Positions 1 to 7,332 of a stretch of 24,000 bases of DNA are shown here, one piece after another; position 1 is the first letter of the stretch, and every line of letters starts with the position of its first letter. The notes below the pieces were generated by a model, which ran no database searches, was not told the DNA's origin, and saw only the letters and a list, made by a program, of their open reading frames with translations. Source of the stretch: Deltaproteobacteria bacterium (lineage in GTDB: Bacteria > Desulfobacterota > Desulfobulbia > Desulfobulbales > Desulfobulbaceae); the NCBI GenBank assembly GCA_024278495.1, contig JAJRTB010000219.1, positions 3,286 to 27,285 on the forward strand, in the 5' to 3' direction. The translations under genes were made by a program, and so were the position numbers.

Positions 1-1
1 G

Positions 2-3000
2 GCCCGGGATATCCCCCTCTTTACCGATATCGACGTTCTGGTCTATCCCAGTTTCGAGATCCCGCCCTACACGCCCCTATCCGCTGACCCGGCAACGGTT
101 GCCCAGCGTCTGTCCACCCTGCATCGGCTGCGAAACGAGACAGGTCCGGCCGTTGTCCTCGCCTCCACCGAAGCGGCCATGCGCAAGGTCCTGCCGGCAT
201 CCGTGCTTGACAACCACTGCGAACTGGTCATGGCGGGCGAAGAGACCGACCGGGACGAACTTATCAACCACCTGAGCCGATCCGGGTACCAGCAGTGCGC
301 CATGGTCCAGCATGAAGGCGACCTGGCGGTCAGGGGCGGCATTATCGACGTCTATGCTCCTTCCACGGACAGAACCGCAAACGGCCCCCTGCGCCTGGAT
401 TTCTTTGGTGACACTATCGAGTCGATCAGATTTTTTGACCCGGTGAGCCAGCGTTCTCTGGGCGAACTCGACGAGGCCGTTCTGCTGCCCGCTTCCGACA
501 TCCTTTTTCCGCGCTCCGCTCACCTGCAGGCCTGGCAGGAGTACCTGGAGGAAACCGCCCGGAAACTTGCATGGCCCGAAGAAGAGGCTGACTTCTGCAT
601 CACCAGGTTGCGGGACAACGTCAGGTACGCCGGGGCTGAATTCCACCTGCCCCTGGTCTACGAGCATGACACGCCGCTCCAGACCCTGTTCTCCTACCTG
701 CCGGACCAGACCCGGACGGTCATTCTTGAACCAGCAGACATCCACAACAAGGCGGAACTGGTCTGGGAGCGGATTCAGGCCAACTACCGGGAAGGTCTGG
801 ACAGCGGCAAGGCTGTCCTGCCGCCGGAGCGGCTCTTTCTTCCCCCTGATTGCCTGACGACCATTGCCGGATCAACTGTTCACCTCAGAACCCTGCCGGA
901 TCCGGACCGGCAGCGCGAGCAGATCAGCATCACGACCGGGGACCATGCCCTGTTGCGCCAGGAGATTGATCTGGCGCGGAAAAAACGAAACAGCCTCGCC
1001 CCCCTTGTTGATCGCCTGCAAGACTGGCAACGCAAGGGAGAGCCCACGATCATTGCCTGCCGGTCCATGCGCCAGGTAAACCACCTGCGCGACATGCTGA
1101 AAGGCTACCAGGTAACGCCGGTTTCTGGTGAGACACCACTGGATCTGAACCATCTTGCCCGGACTGACGCCCTGTGCCTGGTTGAACATCCACTCAGCCG
1201 AGGTTTTGACCTGCCGGAACTCAAAATCCATATTCTCTCGGCCACGGAACTGTTCGGCGACAAACGACTCGGGCCGGCCAAGAGGAAACAGAGGAAAGGC
1301 AGGGACCTGGAGCCCCTGGCCATTGATGAGCTGAATCCCGGTGATACGGTGGTCCACCGGGATCACGGAATCGGTCTGTTCCGGGGCCTCATGAACATGG
1401 AATTTGCCGGCCGCCGGGGCGACTTCATGCAGATCGAGTACCAGGGCGGCGACAAACTGTACGTGCCAGCGGACCGGTTGCACTGGATCAACCGCTACCA
1501 GGGATTGACCGATCATGAGCCCACGCTTGACCGCTTGGGCTCAAGCAAGTGGCGCAGCACCAAAAACAAGGTTACCGAGGCGGTCTGGAAAGTGGCCCAG
1601 GAACTTCTGGATATCTACGCCCGGCGCGAATTGCGCGAGGGGCACCGCTTCTCTCCCGCGGGTGAGCTGTACCATGAGCTGGAACAGTCCTTTCCCTATG
1701 ACGAGACCAGCGGCCAGCTCAAGGCCATCGACAACGTGCTCGACGACCTGACCGGTACCCGTCCCATGGACCGGCTGATCTGCGGAGATGTCGGCTACGG
1801 CAAGACCGAGGTGGCGGCCAGGGCCGCCTTCAAGGTCATCGAGGACGGATTCCAGGTGGCTGTCCTGGTGCCGACAACGGTCCTGGCGGAACAGCACGCC
1901 GCCACCTTTCGGGAACGCTTCGCCTCCTTTCCGGTCCGGGTGGCATCCATCAACCGGTTCCGCACCCTGTCCCGGCAACGGGAAATCCTCAAGGACCTGG
2001 CCGCCGGACGCATCGACCTGATCATCGGCACCCACCGGCTGCTGTCAAAGGACATAGTATTCCATAAACTTGGCCTGTTGATCATTGACGAGGAGCACCG
2101 CTTCGGGGTCAGTCATAAAGAAAAAATCAAAAAACTTCGGGCCGACGTGGATGTCCTGACCCTGACGGCCACACCGATACCGCGGACCCTGCAGATGTCG
2201 CTGCTCGGAATCCGGGACCTGTCGATCATCTCCACACCGCCGCGCAAGCGCCGCTCCGTCAAGACATTTCTGGCCCGCAACGAGGACCTGGTCATCCGGG
2301 AAGCCGTGGTCCGGGAACTGGAGCGGGGCGGCCAGGTTTTTTTCGTCCACAACCGGGTCCGCTCCATTGGCGGGATAGCCAGAACAATCAACAGGCTGGT
2401 TCCCCAGGCCCGGGTAGCCGTGGCCCATGGTCAGATGCCGGGACCGGAACTTGAAAAGATCATGGTCCGGTTCATCAACCACGAGATCGACGTGCTGGTC
2501 TGCACCACCATTATTGAGTCGGGCCTTGATATCCCCAACGCCAACACTATTATCATCAACCGGGCCCATCAGCTCGGCCTGGCGGATATTTACCAGCTGC
2601 GCGGCCGGGTCGGTCGCTCAAGCAGGCAGTCCTATGCCTACCTGCTGGTCCCGTCGCTGGATGATCTCACCAAAGACGCCCGCAGACGGCTCCAGGCCCT
2701 GATGGACTGCAACGAGCTGGGCAGCGGCTTCAAGCTGGCCATGAATGATCTGCAGATCCGCGGCGGCGGCAACCTGCTGGGCGTTTCCCAGTCCGGTCAT
2801 ATCGCGGCGGTGGGCTATGACCTCTACCTGGAACTGCTCCAGTCCACGGTAGCGGAACTCAAGGCCAGGGCGGAGGGAGGTGACCCGGACCTGAGACCTG
2901 AGCTGGATCCCGAAATCAACCTCCAGGTCAACGCCTTTCTTCCGGAAGACTATATTGGTGATCCTGCCCAGCGCTACCACATGTACCGGCGCATAGCCGC

Positions 3001-3391
3001 TGCGGGCAGCCGCACCCGGGAAGAACTCGCAGACCTGCGGGACGAACTGGCGGACCGGTTCGGTCCCCTGCCGCCCGAGGCTGAAACCCTGCTGGAGCTA
3101 GTCGGTCTCAAGATCCCCCTGCGTGACCTGGGGGTTGCCAGGCTTGAGCAGACACCAAACGCCCTGATCTATACTTTTATCCAGGATCCGCCGATTGAAC
3201 CCTCGGCCATCCTTGCGCTGATCAACCGAAAACCTGGGAAAGGAACACCACCCGTCCGCCTGACCACGGACAACCGTCTGATCGTACCGTACCAGCCGGG
3301 GGATCACCTGTTCGCGACAATCAACGCCACCCTGAAAGACCTGACCCCTGCCCGGGAACCCGGAAACGTTTCCGCCAACCCAAGGAAGTAA
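2..3391 (+). CDS. mfd: Transcription-repair coupling factor Mfd (5' end truncated by the window edge)
   Basis: The frame of ORF 179..3391 stays open back to nt 2 and reads ...YPSFEIPPYTPLSADPATVAQRLSTLHRL, which is typical of the Mfd N-terminal region. Superfamily-2 helicase motifs are present: GDVGYGKTEV (Walker A), DEEHRFGV (DEEH box), QLRGRVGRS (motif VI). A CarD/TRCF-type RNA-polymerase-interacting segment is also present (GDTVVHRDHGIG...YQGGDKLYVP). Stop is TAA at 3389-3391. Confidence 0.95.
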   Translation, partial: ARDIPLFTDIDVLVYPSFEIPPYTPLSADPATVAQRLSTLHRLRNETGPAVVLASTEAAMRKVLPASVLDNHCELVMAGEETDRDELINHLSRSGYQQCAMVQHEGDLAVRGGIIDVYAPSTDRTANGPLRLDFFGDTIESIRFFDPVSQRSLGELDEAVLLPASDILFPRSAHLQAWQEYLEETARKLAWPEEEADFCITRLRDNVRYAGAEFHLPLVYEHDTPLQTLFSYLPDQTRTVILEPADIHNKAELVWERIQANYREGLDSGKAVLPPERLFLPPDCLTTIAGSTVHLRTLPDPDRQREQISITTGDHALLRQEIDLARKKRNSLAPLVDRLQDWQRKGEPTIIACRSMRQVNHLRDMLKGYQVTPVSGETPLDLNHLARTDALCLVEHPLSRGFDLPELKIHILSATELFGDKRLGPAKRKQRKGRDLEPLAIDELNPGDTVVHRDHGIGLFRGLMNMEFAGRRGDFMQIEYQGGDKLYVPADRLHWINRYQGLTDHEPTLDRLGSSKWRSTKNKVTEAVWKVAQELLDIYARRELREGHRFSPAGELYHELEQSFPYDETSGQLKAIDNVLDDLTGTRPMDRLICGDVGYGKTEVAARAAFKVIEDGFQVAVLVPTTVLAEQHAATFRERFASFPVRVASINRFRTLSRQREILKDLAAGRIDLIIGTHRLLSKDIVFHKLGLLIIDEEHRFGVSHKEKIKKLRADVDVLTLTATPIPRTLQMSLLGIRDLSIISTPPRKRRSVKTFLARNEDLVIREAVVRELERGGQVFFVHNRVRSIGGIARTINRLVPQARVAVAHGQMPGPELEKIMVRFINHEIDVLVCTTIIESGLDIPNANTIIINRAHQLGLADIYQLRGRVGRSSRQSYAYLLVPSLDDLTKDARRRLQALMDCNELGSGFKLAMNDLQIRGGGNLLGVSQSGHIAAVGYDLYLELLQSTVAELKARAEGGDPDLRPELDPEINLQVNAFLPEDYIGDPAQRYHMYRRIAAAGSRTREELADLRDELADRFGPLPPEAETLLELVGLKIPLRDLGVARLEQTPNALIYTFIQDPPIEPSAILALINRKPGKGTPPVRLTTDNRLIVPYQPGDHLFATINATLKDLTPAREPGNVSANPRK

Positions 3392-3395
3392 AACA

Positions 3396-4106
3396 ATGGC
3401 CACGTGGATCAGACCCTGCTTTTCCTGGAACCAGGTGGACACGGTCCTCCTGGACATGGACGGCACCCTGCTGGACAAGCATTTTGACGACTATTTCTGG
3501 GAACAGTATGTCCCGGAGCACTACAGCCTCAAACACGACATCCCGGTGGAGGAAGCAAAGAGGACGCTCCTTGAACGCTACGGCAGGGTGGAAAACACCC
3601 TCAACTGGACCGACCTGGATTACTGGACCGACCAGCTGGGCCTGGACATACCTGAACTGAAGATGCGGATCAGCCATCTTATCGATGTCCACCCGTATGT
3701 GCCGAATTTTCTGCGCTTCTGCCGAAACCTGAAAAAAGAGGTCGTTCTGGTGACCAATGCCCATCCCAAAACCCTGGCCATCAAACTGGAAAAAACCGGT
3801 ATTGAGGGAATGTTTGACCGGATAATCTGCGCCGATGAAATCGGTCTGGCCAAGGAAGAAGCGGAATTCTGGAACCGGATCGAGCGGAAAATCGGCTTTG
3901 ACAAGACCAGAACCATGCTGGCCGATGATACCGAAAAGGTCCTGCGCACTGCCGAGGGATACGGCATGGGGTACCTGGTCTATGTGGCACGGCCCAGCAG
4001 CAGGCGACCAGCCAGTTTTTCTGACCAATTCCCCTCCATTGAATACTTCTCAGAACTGTTACCCGACCTCAACGCCTCACCGAACATCCCACGCCGACAA
4101 CCATGA
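3396..4106 (+). CDS. HAD-superfamily hydrolase, YrfG-like (GMP/IMP nucleotidase family)
   Basis: The HAD motif I is present (DTVLLDMDGTLLD). From memory the sequence is collinear with E. coli YrfG (WxxVDTVLLDMDGTLLD..FDxYFW...LNWxxLDYWxxQLGLDI...LVTNAHP). An AAGGAAG ribosome-binding site lies just upstream of ATG 3396, which sits 4 nt after the mfd stop. Confidence 0.8.
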   Translation: MATWIRPCFSWNQVDTVLLDMDGTLLDKHFDDYFWEQYVPEHYSLKHDIPVEEAKRTLLERYGRVENTLNWTDLDYWTDQLGLDIPELKMRISHLIDVHPYVPNFLRFCRNLKKEVVLVTNAHPKTLAIKLEKTGIEGMFDRIICADEIGLAKEEAEFWNRIERKIGFDKTRTMLADDTEKVLRTAEGYGMGYLVYVARPSSRRPASFSDQFPSIEYFSELLPDLNASPNIPRRQP

Positions 4107-4190
4107 TGGCACCGCAACGAAATTCGCAAAAAATTGCGGCAAATCATCAGGTTACAAGACGGAGCCATCGGATTCGCAGTTTTTGTCGAT

Positions 4191-4278
4191 TTCGTAAAAA
4201 GTCACGAAACCGACGGTTCAGCGTTGTAACTGGTTGAATCATCATAGTACTCAGCCAGTATTTTCGACTTTTTACGAA
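4191..4278. repeat. 13-bp perfect inverted repeat (TTCGTAAAAAGTC ... GACTTTTTACGAA) flanking a 62-nt AT-rich spacer
   Basis: Read directly: 4191-4203 is the exact reverse complement of 4266-4278. It lies in the AT-rich gap between the convergent HAD-hydrolase and GGDEF genes. Confidence 0.7.
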
Positions 4279-4372
4279 TTCATCAGTTTTTGACAAACCT
4301 GACAAGCCCGGCAACCGAGACAAGATGGACGCGGGAACGACACAGACGATACGGGAAATGGCACGTGATCAG

Positions 4373-5527
4373 TTACCGCGAAACAGATTCCCAGACAACC
4401 CGGTTACGGCCAAGCCGTTTGGCATGGTAGAGTCGCTGGTCCGCCGCCTCGAGCAGGTGGTTCTCGTCCACCACTTTGAGCTCTCCAGCCGCCACAACAC
4501 CGATGGAAACGGTAACCGGGATCATCTGCTCCTCAAAGACAAAGGGGGTCACCTCGATCCGACGCCTGATCCGTTCGCTGAACTCATGACCTTCAAAGAT
4601 ATCACCCAGACCTGTCCCGTAGAATTCTTCCCCGCCAAAACGGCCGATTTCATCGGAACGCCGCTTCACGTCATTAAGCACCTGCCCAAGAGTCGCCAGA
4701 ACATAATCCCCGGCCCGGTGCCCGAAGGTATCATTGACCCCTTTGAAGTGATCGATATCCAAAAGGAGGAAAAAGAAATCATCGATCTGGTTACGATCGT
4801 ACTCAGCTATTTTCAATTCAAGGCTGCGCCCCATGATAATACGGTTGGGCAGATTGGTCAGCTGGTCAAAATAGCCGATCTGTTCCAATAAATCCTTGTG
4901 CACCATCTCGTTGGTCACGTCGGTGAGATAGCCAAAAGAAATCGACACCTGGTCTTCGGCAAAGGTCTCGATACGGGCCCGATCCTTGAACCATACCTGA
5001 GCCAGATTACCGGCCAGGGCGATCTTATAGTCGGCCTCCATGTTCCCCTTCTGCGCGACCTCGGCCCGCAGGCCCGAACGACTACCAGACAGCTCCCGAC
5101 TGCTGCGCACGGTTTCGCTTATACCGGCCTCCACCTCGGTCCGGTGGAACAGCCGGTGGTCAACCACTGCCTCCCGAAACTGAACAGCCAGATCACCGAC
5201 AGAGCAGCCAAAGAGCTGGATAAACTCCCGGCCGGCAAACTCGTACCACATGATGTTATCCTGGTGGCGCCAGGCCGTAATGTACGGAATACCCGGCACA
5301 CCAGTCTCATCAAAGGCACGGAAGGCACGGATCAGCTCCGCAACTCTCTCACGCAGGGCCACGCTGTACTTTCCGGCCAGGATCCGACCCTGGTAGTCGA
5401 TCAGACCATATTTTTCCCGCAGATCATCCATATCTCTTCCAGATAAATATATAAAAGAACAGAAAACTCCCGCCAACGCACGGAAAAAATCGTGCCTGAT
5501 CATGGGGTAATTCCCCTGCGTTTTCAT
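4373..5527 (-). CDS. Diguanylate cyclase (GGDEF domain) with an N-terminal PAS-like sensory region
   Basis: The C-terminal GGDEF domain has an intact active site (RFGGEEF) and an RxxD inhibitory site (RRSD) five residues upstream. The typical DxLTxLPNR and LDIDHFKxxND motifs are present. The start is ambiguous between ATG 5527 and the internal MIRHDFF. Confidence 0.85.
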   Translation of the reverse strand: MKTQGNYPMIRHDFFRALAGVFCSFIYLSGRDMDDLREKYGLIDYQGRILAGKYSVALRERVAELIRAFRAFDETGVPGIPYITAWRHQDNIMWYEFAGREFIQLFGCSVGDLAVQFREAVVDHRLFHRTEVEAGISETVRSSRELSGSRSGLRAEVAQKGNMEADYKIALAGNLAQVWFKDRARIETFAEDQVSISFGYLTDVTNEMVHKDLLEQIGYFDQLTNLPNRIIMGRSLELKIAEYDRNQIDDFFFLLLDIDHFKGVNDTFGHRAGDYVLATLGQVLNDVKRRSDEIGRFGGEEFYGTGLGDIFEGHEFSERIRRRIEVTPFVFEEQMIPVTVSIGVVAAGELKVVDENHLLEAADQRLYHAKRLGRNRVVWESVSR

Positions 5528-5651
5528 TATCTCGGAATTGTATCCTGGCGCAGGTGCCGCAGATTCGTGCAGGCGTTATTGGCCGCTATAGCCGACTATG
5601 CGGGCAGGAGCGCCTGTGCGAAGATGCGGCGCCTGTGACGGGTTCCTGAAT

Positions 5652-5683
5652 CTGCACCACGGGTGAACGCTCACGGATCCAGG
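5652..5683 (+). repeat. Intergenic repeat module B, copy 1
   Basis: CTGCACCACGGGTGAACGCTCACGGATCCAGG. The last 22 nt (5662-5683) are identical to 23413-23434, and 29 of 32 nt match 23403-23434. Confidence 0.85.
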
Positions 5684-5715
5684 GGGTTACAAAAAATCGC
5701 GACCGGGCAATCGGG

Positions 5716-6831
5716 TCAGTCCGGCCCGGCTGACTCTCCTTGCAGGGCGGGAATCGGCAGGTCAAGGGGAACCAGCACCTCTCTGTGCATCTGCTGCAGG
5801 ACATGCTCAGCCCCCTCGTGGTCAAGACGCTCCGTCAGGTCGCGGATCTTCCCGGCCAGATCCCGCATCCGGCTTCGGCATTCCTGCCGGGCCTGTTCGA
5901 TCAGGCGCCAGTCACGTTGTTCAAGAAAGCGGTCAAACGCTTCGCCGATCTCGGGAAACAAAACCCGACGCAGGCCTGCCAGGAAGCCGATGTAGAACCC
6001 GAGCGAGCCTTCTTTCTGCTCCCTGACCATAGAGCTGACCAGCCCGGAGGGGTGGGTGTCTGCCAGAACGTCCTTTACCGCCCTGGTCACAAACTCAACG
6101 GCGGAATCGGGAAACGCGGCGACAACCCGTCGCAGAGTTGCGCTGTCCAGGGTCTGCTGGCGCATCTCGCCTATTTCGTGATGGACGAACATGGGGATCT
6201 CACCGTCGACTATGATGTCAAGCCTGTCGCGCAATCGCTCCTGGTCAAGCACACCATCGCGCAGAACCCCGTAGTGATCCAGGGCGTGCCGCACCGCCAC
6301 TCTGGATGCGGCGCGGTGTTCCTGTATCTGGTCCCAGAAAAAAAAGCGCAGCGGATCCCGGCGGATGATTATGACCCCGTCCCGGAGCATGGCAAAGGGG
6401 CTTGAAAGCTCCCTGGCCGACTCCCGGCCCAGGAGAAACACCGGGCACCCCTCGACCAGCTCCTGCTTCAGTATCTCGGCCAGAAAGAATATTGATTTTA
6501 AAGAACGGCCATAGCCGGCCCCGTACATCAGCCCGGCATTCCCCAGCCCCTGATTGATCCGCTCCTGGTCAAACGGTTCGACTTCCGTCCCGTTCAACAC
6601 CAGGGGGGCAAACGGTTCCTCCGCCATGGCCTGCCAGAACTTCTCTTTCCGGTCAATCCAGGCCAGCAGGTCCGCGGATTCAGGTTCCTGCCAGGGTTCC
6701 AGGGAGTTCTCCCACTTATAAAGATTGCGGAGCTTGAGAACCAGGGCACAGATGGAATAGATGCCGTTGTCCCGGGCATCGGAAATATCACAGTTGTGCC
6801 GGATTGTTTCCAGGACTGTTTTTTCGACCAT
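5716..6831 (-). CDS. Conserved hypothetical protein (no family recognised from sequence alone)
   Basis: A long ORF with coding-like composition. I place the start at ATG 6831 (MVEKTVLETIRHN...) because a GGAGG Shine-Dalgarno lies 6 nt upstream on the minus strand (plus-strand cctcc at 6838-6842). The ORF-track start at 6939 lacks a ribosome-binding site and runs into repeat module A. Confidence 0.7.
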   Translation of the reverse strand: MVEKTVLETIRHNCDISDARDNGIYSICALVLKLRNLYKWENSLEPWQEPESADLLAWIDRKEKFWQAMAEEPFAPLVLNGTEVEPFDQERINQGLGNAGLMYGAGYGRSLKSIFFLAEILKQELVEGCPVFLLGRESARELSSPFAMLRDGVIIIRRDPLRFFFWDQIQEHRAASRVAVRHALDHYGVLRDGVLDQERLRDRLDIIVDGEIPMFVHHEIGEMRQQTLDSATLRRVVAAFPDSAVEFVTRAVKDVLADTHPSGLVSSMVREQKEGSLGFYIGFLAGLRRVLFPEIGEAFDRFLEQRDWRLIEQARQECRSRMRDLAGKIRDLTERLDHEGAEHVLQQMHREVLVPLDLPIPALQGESAGPD

Positions 6832-6928
6832 CTTTCGCCTCCGGCAAAAATTATGCGTCAACAACTCCACCTGTTTCGGCCCGGGCCGGGGTAAAAACGT
6901 CATATTATTGAATATACCAGATCGTACG

Positions 6929-6990
6929 TAACTCGTCACAGGGTTTGTAACTCTGCGATTTTACCTATCCATAATCTGCAAGTAATCAGG
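6929..6990 (+). repeat. Intergenic repeat module A, copy 1
   Basis: TAACTCGTCACAGGGTTTGTAACTCTGCGATTTTACCTATCCATAATCTGCAAGTAATCAGG aligns without gaps to 23279-23340, with 55 of 62 positions identical. Confidence 0.85.
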
Positions 6991-7175
6991 GGCGCCGCAT
7001 TTTTTTATTTTATTGATTATTGCCAACCTGTTACAGGTAGAAAAACTCCATGTGGCACTACTCGCAAGGACCTTTATGCCCCACTGTATTCATTGCATTC
7101 TTTTTGCGCTTTACGTCAAAACCGAATTTCAAAGGTTTTTAATAATGATTTGCACAAAGTCGGGTTAAAAAAAAG

Positions 7176-7204
7176 TGGAAATTCCCTGTCAGCTTTCATA
7201 AAAT
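7176..7204 (+). promoter_or_regulatory. Candidate sigma70 promoter for the ELWxxDGT repeat gene
   Basis: TGGAAA, then 17 nt, then TAAAAT, within the AT-rich 390-nt gap upstream of ATG 7333. This is one of several possible matches, so support is weak. Confidence 0.25.
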
Positions 7205-7332
7205 ATACAAGAGTAAAAACGTGCCGATTTACTGCCTCAAAAAAGAACTCAATAAAACCGGATCTCTTCTCTCTGTAACACAATGATCTGCTGTCCCGAC
7301 GCATATCAGCGCGTATAACAAAGGAGGATGTC

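Noticed and set aside
5663-5995. A plus-strand ORF (110 aa) starting with GTG inside repeat module B. The same GTG at the second copy opens only a 7-codon ORF (MNAHGSR-stop).
   Set aside because: It is antisense to the well-supported 5716..6831 gene, has Arg/Ser/Cys-rich composition, and the ORF is not conserved between the two module copies.
7053-7069. A sigma54-like TGGCAC element upstream of the ELW repeat gene (TGGCACTACTCGCAAGG).
   Set aside because: The GG-to-GC spacing is 8 nt instead of the required 10, and there is no TTGC -12 element.
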